A stretch of 58,625 nt of DNA, the filler included, from Sphacelaria rigidula (taxonomy: Eukaryota): NCBI GenBank assembly GCA_964200075.2. It is 7 parts of 7 records of this genome, joined end to end, with 100 filler letters (N's around TTAATTAATTAA, not from the genome) between each part and the next. Parts side by side here need not be neighbours in the genome. Positions count along the whole stretch, not along the records: positions 1 to 8,290 come from CAXNAA020011638.1; positions 8,391 to 16,680 come from CAXNAA020011639.1; 5 more parts are not named here. One strand, 5' to 3'. The position numbers were made by a program, and so were the translations under genes. This document shows positions 1 to 12,753 of the stretch, in pieces. Numbering within the stretch: position 1 is the stretch's first letter; the number at the start of each line of letters is the position of its first letter. The notes under the pieces are model-generated. The model worked only from the letters and a program-made list of their open reading frames with translations. It ran no database searches and had not been told where the DNA came from.

Positions 1-3000
1 GACTATGGCAGGCATGATCATGAGTACACCCCCCCCCCCCATTCGGTGATTGATTGCGAGCCTGTAGCGAAAATCTGGCGTGCTCCGTCCCGGCTTTGTA
101 GGGATGCCAGGTCAAAAGTCTACAGCATGCAAGATCATGAGTATTCCCCCCGCTCCCACCCCAGTCCCACCCCGCACGCCTAGTTATCCACTCCATGTGC
201 CCATTCACTTGGCGGATGAGGGGTACATTGGGCGAGCAGGTACGACACACTTGAAACGAACCAGCGTTCGAGTCACAGCATTCCCCCCTCCCCCCGTTTC
301 ATGTCATGTACCCACCCTCAGGCCGGGGGCGAGGGGGCCGATGACCTCCCGAGACACTGCGGGCAGTGCAACGACGATCAGTGCTCCGCGATCGCCAAGC
401 AGGGTTCCCAGGCGTGCGGCAACGCTGCACCCTACATGTGCCTGTCCGGCGCGGCTACGTGGGGCTGCGCTGACACGGAGCTGGCGTGGGCGTCTGCGCC
501 GGCCACGACCTGTGGAGAGTGCTGCGACGTTGGGGGCTGCGCGGGTGATCGCTAGGGTTACCGTAGTGTTCCACGACGAAGATGGTGGTGGTACCGTAGT
601 AGTAGTTGGTCGAAGGGAGGGAGACTTCACCCGGACCCTGAAATTGGGGCTTGACTCTCACCCGCAATGAGATCGCTTTTCCAAAAACGCGGCGGATAGG
701 GACGGGGGGGGGGGGAAGCATTCATATGGGCATATATGTACATACTCATGTCGTGATAGATGCGCTGGGTGGACAAGGATACGGGTTGGAATACATATAT
801 ACATGTAGTGATGGACGGAAAAACGGAGGTCGATATATACACACATATATAATTTTTCTTAGACGAAGACGAAAGCGGATATACGATTGAATTCAGTGTC
901 GTACGATTAAATCTGGTGTTGTGCCGGGCGCTCATATTCGAGCCCTTATTATTCGTTGTCCTCATCGATCGTCGCAATTACTCTTACACTTGTTCTTGTC
1001 GTTGTTGGTGGTGATGGTGGTATTCTTGCCGTTGATGATACTGATACTGGTGATGATTGTGATGGTGATGGTGATGCTTGCGGTGGCGGTGGCGATGGCG
1101 ATGACGGTGATGATTTTTCGGTTGTTCGGATACCGCTGCTGGCCACATCCGGCTGGTGATGCAGTTCTGTCTATATTGCGTGTCACCCTTTTTCGTTTGT
1201 CGGGGCAAGGGAGTGCAGCGGTTCTGTGTTACTGTTCATATGGCTGACCCACCACTGACTTTTTGCTTTGTCGCGAGAGTCGCCCTAGAATTGTTCGTTT
1301 TGCTCTTGATCCTGTTGAACGTTTCGGTGCTTTCGATGTCCTTTCTAGGCAGTTGATGTGGGAAAAATCAATCAAATCAAATCACATGGATTTAAGGACA
1401 CGTTTACCTAGAACCATACGAAATGAGTACCGATATCATGCCCAACAGTGGATAGCGATCACAACGGAAGATGCAAAAAAAAAAAGTTGAATTTTTAAAT
1501 AGGGCTGAAGCCACCTTCCAGAAATTCACATCTTCGCTGGAACAGTTTTCAAAAACAACCAACTGAAGATTCTAGTTGTGGTTTGAAACTTTCCCTAGCT
1601 TGCCTTGTCGCGCATTGTGTCTGAAGCCATGTGTATCTTGTTTCGAACATTTGAAACAACTCTCACCAGGTGAGAGAAGCCGCCTTCCATCGGATTCATT
1701 CGCTTTTGAGGACTATGATGCCGGAGCGTTTTTCGAGTCCTGGGGAAATTCGCGAAGAGCAGCGAGTTTCTCACATATGAAATCTCCCATTTTTGCGTCT
1801 GTAAAACGTTTCCAACAACGACCGACACTTTCTACGATAGCCCCCCCCCCAAAAGGCCTGGTTTGGGGAGGCAAGATGTTTACGTGAATGGAAATGGGAA
1901 AAGACTAGCACAATTAGCAGCTTGGGATTCCGACGCTTGGGTGCGCTCTTGCCAACAATGTCGCCCATATGAGACACTTCATGCAGCCTGAGCTCAAACA
2001 CTGGGCGCTGTATGCCCATTTTTTCGTAATACCTAGAGACGTTTGAAAAAAAAAAATCTTGATGGCTCCCGAAGAAGGCCAACGAAAGCTCCTCCTCTGA
2101 CTTTCTGAGGACCGTTTCGAAACGCCCCAGTTTCTGCGACACAGCACTGCCAAACGAAAGCGTGTAGTATAATAAGCAGGTGTGGCTGGGGGCACGCAAT
2201 GAATGCGGTGCGTACACGTATTATGTCGATGACGATACCAGCGAAGGAGCAACGGCGGAGAGACAGCTCCTCGCCCGTGTCCTTTGTGCGTCCTCTTTCG
2301 GCGATTCCTACTCGCGGGAGAGATTGGCATCATGGTAGCAGCACACACCCATTTTGACGTCGTCGGTATAAGCACGGCAGGCGGTTTGCTGCACAGCCCC
2401 CCAAAGAGAGTCGGGATGCTCAGGGTTGCCGCTTTTTCACGGTTATGACGAATCATCACAACTACGAACCACCAAATCCCCGATTTCTTCGGCCTGATTG
2501 CCCAAAAGGGAGAAAAAAGTTGACCGCTGGTCCGAGGGGTATCCACGCAACTTTTGCGCCATTCCACGTGTCAGGGCTGCGTGTACCTACCTGGGCTGTG
2601 ACGCTGAAAACAAAGCCTAGGGAGATTCGTACGATTCGAATCAATCATACTAAAACCAGGCAATTTCCAGACGAATCATTGATTTGTCCGACCCTTGCAG
2701 TTTTTTACTGATGAGTATATAATCTATAATCGCCTCTTCTCGTCCGTGGCGCTGACCTGGCAGAGCTCTGTGCTGTTTGTTACAGACAAGACGAAATAAA
2801 TTATTTCTCCGCTGCTTTTCTCCCTCGCAAGGAGCGAACGAGGCAAAGGTGCTGCTGTTCTCTTGGTGCGTGTGTGTTCCTCTCACCTTGCGCATGCTGT
2901 CGAATGCTCTCTCAGGACACGTGAGGTCGCCATGCGGGGCAGCGGCTCTTCTCGCTGATTTAGTTCAAGTGCCACCTGTGGGCGTGTGCTATGCGCACTG

Positions 3001-3592
3001 TTGCGTGGAGGGGAAGTTCTTCCGCAGAAGAAGAATTTTACCCCGACAATGAAATAGCTCTGACTGTCGCACTTTCACTGACCCCCCAGGGGTCCAGCTG
3101 TGGTCTCATGATGGATGTCACCAAGAAAAACGAAACTGAAACACGCTCTTAGAAAAAGAAGGGACATGAAAAAAAAAGAAAAAAGGTCGAACAGAACGAC
3201 ACAGCAGATTGAGTCGTAACAAAAAAAAGGGTACTGTAATAAAAAGTCAACACAAGCAAAATGCAGAAAGAAATGGCCGACCTAAAACAAGAAAAAAGGA
3301 AAAGAAGTGGAAGTACAGAGCAAATATCTATGTCAGAATAACCACAATATTTGAAAACTCTGTGATTGTTTGCTCGGCTGCGAGTGTCTTGTAGTAGATA
3401 ATGCCTACTATATCGTCTGCATTTACGAAATTACAACAGGAATGGGTAAAATCCGGCCCGTTCACCCGTGGTTGGATTAGTATACTACTGTGAATACGTC
3501 TTGATAATGGTCATCTCGGTGTATGTATGTCTACCGATTTTGGAATTTTGAATATTATTCTTGGAGAGCCGGAAGCGTGTGGAACCACAACC

Positions 3593-3664
3593 TCTCCCGT
3601 AGTGTAGTGGTTATCACACCAGCCTTTGAAGCTGGTACCCCGAGTTCGAATCTCGGCGGGAGAT
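3593..3664 (+). tRNA. trnQ-UUG: tRNA-Gln (anticodon TTG)
   Basis: Full cloverleaf: acceptor stem TCTCCCG/CGGGAGA, A-box TAGTGTAGTGG, anticodon stem CCAGC/GCTGG with loop CT-TTG-AA (TTG at 3626-3628), T-arm CCGAG-TTCGAAT-CTCGG. A T-run (Pol III terminator) follows at ~3668-3674. Confidence 0.93.
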
Positions 3665-6478
3665 TGATTTTTTTCAATTTTTCTGCGGCCGGGCGGTCCA
3701 ACCGACACGATCAATCGTGATAGTTCTTCAGCGTCTCACGCTCAGTGGATCGACAGCCAAGAAACATTAACGCCGGTGATACTCATGTGCGTTGCGGTTT
3801 GGCACATTGCCTAGTTTGAAGAAAAAGGCGTGGCAGCTCATCGGGTAAGCACGCTATTCGCAACCTTGCACACATTTCTCTGTACTAAATATTTTAGAGA
3901 TCGGAAATGGTACTAATAATAACCAACCACGATCATTACAAAGGTCATAATGGTAATGGCTATTTGAAATTTTTGGACAATGATTTCAAATCATTATTTA
4001 CCGTTACCGGCTACGTATGCTATTATACATACACCACACAACTACAACAGACAATATATGACATGCAGCAGCGGTCCTGGGCTCGTACTTATGCTCTTTT
4101 TCTTTTTTTTTTCAAAAATTAAAAATACTACATGAGACGGTTCTATTTTTTTTCGATAAGAAAATTGAAATGGGCTACTTTTTCAAAATCGAAATTCCGA
4201 GCCAAGTGCGCTATGGTTTCGCCGTTGAAAATTGGCCTAATTTCAACATTTTTTTTTTTCTGATGGAGCCAAGTCGCGTGAAAACGTGCCTCCGGCACGG
4301 CGTCTCCGACAGGGCCCCCTCTGCCGGGAAGGGGGCTTTATCGCTCGCCGCTTCGCCGCTCGATGACCAAACCATCATGTACCATTTGACAGGTTAATGG
4401 TTGCGCGTAACCATTAACCAGATAAATGGTTAGACAAACCCTTTCCGAGCTCTAATATATTTTGTCACACCTTCAACCAGGGGACATAAATATAGGTCTC
4501 CTCCGGCTGAATAGGCGCGTGCGCCAAGGCGAGAATGTAGAGCATGATGCTGCACTACCCCACCTTGCGCCGATCTTGACTCCGTTCATGATGGATTCAT
4601 CGACAGCCTTCGAAAAACGCGCGTTGAACACGAACGACGCTGGACAGTTCGATAGCCACAACAAGTTGCAGAATATGTTTTCAAGGACAAGTGCACAGCA
4701 TGCGTGCTCAAGTCGCACATGCTACCGTATACATAGACGTGGCCCTCGACAAAGATGATGGAACACAACAGTGACCATAAATGGGATGGCGTTCGGCGTT
4801 GTTCATGATCAAACCGGTTCACGAATAATATCAATAGTACGAGTAAGCTTCTTCTTCTACTTTGCCACACTTTCCCCCCCTCAAATATACTGTACAGCAT
4901 AGCTGCTGCTTTCTTTTTCTCGCGAGATGAATGAGAGGGGCTGCTACTACTTACTACTCTCGACGAGAACTGTGTAGTACTATTTTACTTCTACGACTAC
5001 GAGCACCGACGTTCACACGTAAAAAGTCCCATCTCATCTCGACACCACTGCAAACCAACTAAAACAAGAAATGAAAAAAAAATAACGCAGCGAAAAAACA
5101 AAACGAACACGAAAATCATCTATCACTATTTCATCATCACTATTCATTTTTTCTCCCTTGGTTCTCATTCGGTATCATTTTTGGTTTCTCCCTGTTTTAC
5201 TGGTGTACTGCTGTATACTGTAGTATATTCACCTGAGCAAAATCAAGATCTCGCCCAATCATTTGCAACACATTCCCGCGCACTTCAAATTGCACACAAA
5301 GCCCTCCACAGACCCACACACGAAACACGAAACACCCATACACACGTGGAAGATAAACCCGTGCACCCACCACATCCAAGCAAGAAGAAGAGGGACAAAC
5401 AACACAGGCGGAACGTACCATCATCACCGGCCATGCAAGAAAGAGCACACAATGCGGCTACTAATCCGCATAGATCCGGAGAGGCAGCGGCAGCGGGGAT
5501 GAGACAATGCAGTACCTTTATCTCCATTATCCATGATATGCCCTCGGGGGCAGGACCCCCCCCCCCCCCCCCCCCCGCATGCAGAAAAAAAAAAAGAAAA
5601 AAAAAAACCACCGAAAGCACAAAAAAAAAAAAAGGAGAANNNNNNNNNNAGAAAACAATGCAGAACCTTTATCCCCATTATCAATGAAAGGCCCTCGGGG
5701 GCAGGCCCCCCCCCCCCCCCGCGCGCGCGCTTCAGAAAAAAAAACGGGAAAAAAAAACCTCCATGATTCTACTAATACGTAGTGTGTATCAAGACAAGAA
5801 AGAAATGGAGTTAATTAATTGGTCACACATCGCAAGCGCGGCCAATGAATACAAGCAAAAGCAATACGGAAAACGAGCAGCGTACGACGGACCAACTAAA
5901 GAGCACGTGAGTGCGGATACTGCTTGCTGGTTATATATATATATATATATATATGTGTATACTGTATATTGCTGTATATACTGTATACTGTATATTTGGA
6001 CCGCACTATTAGAATCATTCTCCATCGAGTCATTCCGGTTGTGTCGATCTTGAAACGCAAAAATCAGCAGAAACCAGACCTAAACAAGCAAAGCCAAACT
6101 CAAACTGGACCGGACCGGATCGACCCGGATCGGACCGAACACACGATACATGATAGAGAGCGTTGGAAAACTGCTCGCTCACTACTACTATGAAAGTACT
6201 ACTGTTGTGTTTCTCCCCTCTTCTTCTCGACTGTCCTCGTTATTTTCTATTGATACTATTAATAGTGCCCACGGAGCACACAGGATGACAATCGGATACC
6301 CCCTCAGACGCTGCATGTGAAGGAGTAATCGTCGATGCAGGTATCAATAGCAAAAGAGCTCATTTGAGTACTGTCGGCACCAGTTCTGGCACATGACACA
6401 CGCGTTCACACCGGCCATGAATAGCGGGTACGTGAGGTCGCGTTACGCACCCATGAACCACCTTATTTCGTGCAACAA

Positions 6479-6529
<51 letters not shown>

Positions 6530-8290
6530 NNNNNNNNNNCCACCACCACCGCCCCTCAATAGCGGTGACCTGGGGCGGCCCCCCCCCCCCCCCCCCCCCC
6601 TCTTTTTCTACACCCAGACCCCCCCCCCCCCCCCCCCCCTACCCCTCCCTCCATCCCTCTCCAATCGCCATTATGTGTCTCTCACGTACTTGACCCGCAG
6701 AGAGTACAAGGCGCACAGAAAAGAAGAAACGAGAAAACACTTGAGCTTGTGAGCTCCTCCTCTTTCCATCGCGATTCCATCGAGATTTGGATACATATCG
6801 ACCCTCCCCGGCCGACTCCCGTCGCTAGCTAGCTAAGTCGGGCACGGTCAAACAAAAGCGCCGCGAGAATACCCCGCCAAAACACGTGTACTCGCCGCCT
6901 GTGCGTCTCTAACCGCTAGTACCGCAACACACATCGTACACTCCATGACCTTGCATGCCGTAGCTGTCCTGAGACATTTAACCACCCCGCATCCCTACAA
7001 AGCTGTTACGGAGCACGCCGGGTCATACGGGCGACGGTGTGGCATCCCTACACACAGACGCTTCCTCTTCTCTTGCAGAAGATGACTCCACCGAGACTCC
7101 GATCCCTCGCCCGCGAGACCAACACTGCGACTTTGACCCTGGTTAGTTCCATTAATCTCGTACCTAATGCTCGCCCCGTCTCGAGACGGGGGGGAGGGGG
7201 GGGGAGGTGTACTCATGATCATGCGTGCCATAGTCATAAGAGGGAGGGGGGGGGGTATTCTCAACACAGACATCGTTTTCGAATCCAAAGACGACTGGAC
7301 AAACGAAGCGGCAGCAGAAGCACCGCATCTCTTAAACTCGATGAGTGAAGGACCCAACGCATAAAATATGGCTTTGAGAGTAGTGAAATCTCGCAAAACG
7401 ATTGGTGGTGACTCATGTTGACCCAACGTTGGAGGCAAAAAAAAAAAACTCGGACTGCTGCAAGCAAGCATTACACGGATGTTTTCCTTTCCTTCCAAAA
7501 GCTCAATATGGTAGGCATGCGGGGAGTGACTTTATCCTGGATAAAATGCTCGAGGAAGAGAGAGGAAAAAAAAAAAGCAAATTCATGTTTCCAAAAAACG
7601 CACACAGCGACAAACAGACAGTCGCACCACAAGGCGAGGAAATGCGGATGTCGGTCTGCAGTACGCACGAAAATCGCTCGATCGTACCCTCACAAGTCCG
7701 TCCCGGCTATACCAAGTAGAGGAACTCCGTGCCGATTAGCATCATCGTCACCCACTCAGTCACGTGCCATCATCCACCACCTGGTGTTAATAATATAGCC
7801 ATCATCCACGACTACTACCGAACCCCACTCGACCAACAACCACAGACTGAAAAAACGAAAAACAAAAGACATGGAACCATGACCGAAACAAAGCAGAATG
7901 GCCCCGTCCGACGAGAGGAGAAAAAAAAAAGACAGCCGAGAGAAAAAGCAACAACCACAACAAAACCAATTAACCAACCGCAGACTCTACACGAAACGTC
8001 GGCAAACTAATCGAAATATTACGTCCGCCGTCCGTACCTTTCACACGCACGCCAAAAAAAAAGGGTGACAGTAACAGCACTCGAGATGCACCCACAACCA
8101 CACTTTTGCAAGATGGCGACGAAACCCATGCATTGCATGCATACACATAATGCACACGCACAGTACGCGCCCTCTCCCCCCCATCCCCCCACCCCCACCC
8201 TCCCCCCTTCTCTCTCTTACGCGCATACACAGACAAGTCACAAAAAAAACATAATACAAATCCCGTGCGTTTTTTGCGCCCCATTCCTCC

Positions 8291-8390
8291 NNNNNNNNNN
8301 NNNNNNNNNNNNNNNNNNNNNNNNNNNNNNNNNNTTAATTAATTAANNNNNNNNNNNNNNNNNNNNNNNNNNNNNNNNNNNNNNNNNNNN
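8291..8390. other. Artificial contig spacer (N44-TTAATTAATTAA-N44); identical spacers at 16681-16780, 25070-25169, 33459-33558, 41848-41947 and 50237-50336
   Basis: Identical 100-nt linker with stops in all six frames. The flanked segments are all 8289-8290 bp. Confidence 0.97.
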
Positions 8391-8464
8391 CCCCCCCCAA
8401 GAGAATACGGTACAAAAGGCAGTACGTATTCTTGTACAATTACAGTACAGTACAGTACAGTGCA

Positions 8465-8727
8465 GTGTGTGTGTGTTGTCGTCCCATCTATTGTGGTCGC
8501 CGGTGTACACCTTTCGGTATATGTGGGCGCATCAGCCGGGATCACACAGGAGGACGGTCAACACAGGAGTTTCTTGTCAAGTCGGATTTTGTACACCCAC
8601 GACATAGTCGCTCTCCACTGTTGGGCATATTCTGTGAGAAACACTCCCAGATCGCCCCGAGAATTGGACACACGACCCAACCGTCAGAAGGTTTCGACGT
8701 TACCAACTGAGCCACCGGGCCGACAGG
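8465..8727 (-). mobile_element. tRNA-derived SINE
   Basis: Minus strand begins GCCCGGTGGCTCAGTTGGTAAC (tRNA-like head, A-box TGGCTCAGTTGG) with a degenerate B-box (GTGTCCAATTCT), then a body and a (CA)n tail. A related 3' end occurs at ~25008-25069. Confidence 0.7.
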
Positions 8728-9277
8728 TCAGTACTACAGGGATTGTACAATAATTAATACACTACAGCGTACATGGTCGGAAGATGACCACCGTCGGCGC
8801 ACAAGAAGGTACTCGCTGGTTTAGCGATCAGTTGGACAACGAGTGTGCTGGTACGCACCTACCTGCGTTAGTGCTTACCTCTGTACCGCTCTATTATACC
8901 GCAGTGCACAGAGTGGTCGCCTTTGGATATCGCAGCAGCGGGGGCTGCAACCCGCGGTGATGCGGCGTTGTCCAATCAGGCGTATTGTTGTCGGTAAAAT
9001 GTATACTTATGGGTGTATTCAGTATGAATACGAGGTTTGTGTTGGCGGATGACGAATTATAAGGCATGTATTCTGGTGTATGCCGAAGTTGAAACAAGAT
9101 GTAAGGGATCGCGTGTCCAAGGCGCAAACGCTACAGAGTTCGTTCAAGCGAGCGAGACTGGTCTGGTGCAAGAGCACCAAAGAAGCAGACAGAATCACTC
9201 GAGACCAGTTGACCGGACAGCGACACGCCAGCAGTCCCAGTAGTACAGTAGTCCCTGGCACTTGATCGATTTTTACA

Positions 9278-9301
9278 ATGAACAACACATCAGCATCGTG
9301 A

Positions 9302-9363
<62 letters not shown>

Positions 9364-11275
9364 TTCGCAAAACCCAGGCCAACACCAGCACAGCACATCA
9401 GGAGCTCGAGCAACGCCAGGAGCAAAAAAGGGAAGGGCCGCAGGACGGGAACCAGGCCGAGTCCCGGCACCACAAGCCGGAGGCACGCACAGCAACCCGA
9501 TCTCTGTCAACCAGCACGCCCGCCCGCAGGGTAGTGCAGGCCAGTTGAATAATGACGCACCTGCACCCCCCCCACGACCACTCGGACCCCCACCTGCCCC
9601 AAGTCAGCCATCAGACATTCTAGCTCAAATCCTGCAGGCACAGGGGAAAACGAACAGCAACATCGAACAGCAACACCAGCAAAACCTTCACAGACAGCAG
9701 CAGCAGAGCCAAGCAATCTCGACCCTTCAACAGCAGGTACATCTTCTCCAGTACGGACAACCACAACCGCAAGGCGGGGCCGTCCAAGGCGGGGCCGACC
9801 GGCAGCCGGCGAGCGCTGCACAGCAACAGCACATGGCAGGTGGAAGAGTAAACGCCCCCCCCCTGCTTGCACCCAACGTCGCACTGCCGCCACCCATCGG
9901 AGGGCCACTACCGCATCACCAACACCAACAGCCGCAGCCACATCACCGTCATCATCAACCTTAGTGGCACGAGCAGCACCAACACCAACAGCCGCAGCCG
10001 CAGTCGGACCAGGACCACGTACAACAACTCCATCGACATCAACCATCGACCACAGCACTACTACCAAGCACAACCGCAATCCCCGGTCCACCAACTCCTC
10101 CAGCTTCTCAGTGGCGGTGGAGGGGGACAGATCCAACAACTCAGGCATGCAATGGGAGCGGCCAACACCGTCCCCGTCAGTACAAAGAAGGCCAAAGAAA
10201 TGCAGGAGAAGCGGGAGATCAACAGCTGGCTCTCGGACGAAAACAAGGCACTATTTCCTGTCCTCAGGGGCGGGGTCTTCATTTCCATTCTCATGTCTGG
10301 TACAAACTTGAAACTCAAACTCCGCTATGTGGCCGACACCAACCGGGGCATGCTGAGCAACCTCCAGACGTTGACCGACGTAGACGTCACAAAACTTCCA
10401 CTCCCCGGCGTCGCCTGGCATAAAAAAAAAAGTACTTTCGCGCTGAGGTTCATGTCACCACATTCACCAAGGCGCTGGCCATCATCATCAACTTCGGCAC
10501 CACCGACAACGACGGCGGGCGGGATAGGAGAGCTTTCATTACAGGAGAGCTGACGAGGATGGCGCCGGCGCTGGACGCGTACACCGGGAAAAACTACGCC
10601 GCTCTACACAGAGACGAGGCGACCGTCAAAACCCGCATAATCACTGACTTTAACCACGACATCAACGGGTGGCTCACAGAATGCAGGGACGCGGGGCTGA
10701 ATCTATGCATGGAGTCTCCCGTCGCCCCACCCGCCAACGGGCAGGGCCCCGCGCCGCCGGTACCAGCGTTCACCCGCGTGAAGACGCTCACCGCCGACGG
10801 CTGCCCCAGCAGCCTCATTGGTCGCCAAAACCCCGGGATCTCGGTAGCAGACTCACGCGCGCAGCCCGCCCCCAAGACAGCCGTCAAGCGGAAGGCGCTC
10901 CCCAACGGGGGCACGAGCAACGCGGTCAAACGCGTCACTCCCCACCCTCCGTCGCATCCGCCCCAGTGGCAACACCTCACGCCACCAAACACCGATTTCA
11001 ACACGGAACTGGCGTCATGGGCCTCGCCGGTGGGCGTGTGCTCACGAGCTTGGCAGGGCCTCATCGGCTGCCGCCTACCGGACCACACCAGCAAGCATGA
11101 AGCCGTCGGAGGCCCCCCCCTCCAGCCGCCAGCGGCGTTCCAGATAACCCCAACACCCCCGACGACGGCGACGGCAAGACCACCAGCACCAGCGGCACCG
11201 GCGGCCGCAGCGAGTACAGTGGCGCGCTTTTCCCACAACTTCGGCGGAAATGGCGGAGCTGGGCGGGGCACCTGA
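9278..11275 (+). pseudogene. gag-like ORF1 of the YR retrotransposon (broken into ORFs 9545-9964, 9867-10553, 10559-11275)
   Basis: Lies upstream of pol. Ala/Gln/Pro-rich N-terminus and a C-terminal Cys/His cluster CSRAWQGLIGCRLPDHTSKH. Interrupted by a stop near 9299 and by frameshifts. Confidence 0.55.
9303..9363 (+). repeat. (GCA)n trinucleotide microsatellite
   Basis: About 20 GCA units; poly-Ala in the gag frame. Confidence 0.9.
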
Positions 11276-11833
11276 GGATGCGGGCTCCGCCGGTCGGCGG
11301 GGCCTACCAGTCTGGGGGGAGGAGAAGCACCGGTCACGAACTCAGCGAGGTCGGTGGGTATCGCCCAGGCCCCCCAACCGGGGTCGGTGGCGGCAAGCTT
11401 CCTTCACGGTGAGAGCAGAAGTACCGACGCATGTAGCAACCCTAAAGCACGTCACAGCGGTAGATCGCGTAGTCCCATCCCGCACTACCCACGCCCGACA
11501 AACAAGCCGATGACCAACCCCACCAAGACGTACTGTAACAAGCAAATGTCGGCAGGCTACACTAGATTGGACGGTAGAGCTCACACGCATGAAATATTCG
11601 ATGACATCACCGCCCCGCGCAATGACACAAAAAACAACAAACACGCGAACAATGGCCCGCACGACTACAGTAACCGGTCGACTCTGAGGTACAACGGAAC
11701 GCACGAACGTGCACAGGTAAGCCAGCGACAAGATCAGGTAATTTGCCCGTCCATGACTAACGAAAAAAACAGTACTACATGCAGACACCACGCCAAAACC
11801 ACTTCGCACATCCCCACAGACTGGAGACGTGTA

Positions 11834-12440
11834 GAAGCAGATCCGGCGGTCGGCAGTTACGCACAGGTAACCCTGAACGTCGGTAGATCAGACAATCACA
11901 GAACTCATGCTCCCCGGGAAATTCGTATCACACTCAGTGGAGAAGAAGACCCGACGTTCAGCAGTTCCGAGGGAACCCTGAACAACCGCACGTCCATGTT
12001 GACGAGCGCAAAGCGTGCAAATTCGATAACCAGTTACTTGAGGGGAGCAAAAGATCATAGAGGTGCAGAAGGAGACTCGTTGTCTGGCAGTTCCGGGGGA
12101 ACCCTGGATAACGGCACTTCCATGTTGACCAGCGCAAAGCATGCAAGAATTCGAACCAACCATCATCGCTCAGATGAAGACCCGGTGGTCGGCAGTTACA
12201 CACAGGTAACCCTGAACGTCGGTAGATCAGACAATCACAAAATTCATGCTTCCCGCGAAATTCGCATCACACCCAGTGCAGAAGGAGACCCGCTGTCTGG
12301 CAGTTCCGAGGGAACCCTGGATAACGGCACGTCTATGTTGACGAGCAGAAAGCGTGCACGAGTTCAAAACAGCACCTGATGCACTAAAGCGAAATCGTTG
12401 GCCAATAGTTACACACAGGTAGCCCCAGACAACGGCTCGC
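11834..12440 (+). repeat. Imperfect ~110-bp tandem repeats with A-B-B-A-B-A higher-order pattern inside ORF 11354-12379
   Basis: Recurring core GGCAGTT...AACCCTG. The peptides VGSY[AT]QVTLNVGRSDNH (twice) and SS[EG]GTL[DN]NxTSMLTS (three times) repeat in frame. Confidence 0.85.
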
Positions 12441-12753
12441 ACACGTTTCGTGTGAGAAGCCCGCAGAGAAAAAGAACAACACCGATAGTAAGGAAATCAT
12501 CGGTGGGCGAAACTTCGGGTCGGTGACAATCTCACCTCCAGTTGGAAGCCCACGCTACCGAAGCCCAACCGGGCACACAGACCACCCAAGCAAAAACCTC
12601 AATACCCGGTGGAAACAGCAACATCAATAACTATCGAATACACACATAGAACTAACAGGAACGAAACGCATCATCACAGACCTAGCCGCCACCTGCACGA
12701 GTCTCGTCCGACTCAACCACGGAAGAATCGGGGATGTAGCGAAGGGGCCGCCG

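Noticed and set aside
949..1247. Overlapping His-rich, hydrophobic and acidic ORFs
   Set aside because: Products of a degenerate (GAT/GGT)n-type microsatellite open in several frames, with no gene support.
5495..5765. Direct repeat around poly-C/poly-A runs
   Set aside because: The two copies flank an internal N gap and homopolymer runs, so they are probably the same sequence assembled twice.
6481..6640. Poly-Pro ORF and long poly-C (G-quadruplex-like) tracts
   Set aside because: Adjacent to an N gap; most likely a low-quality homopolymer artefact.
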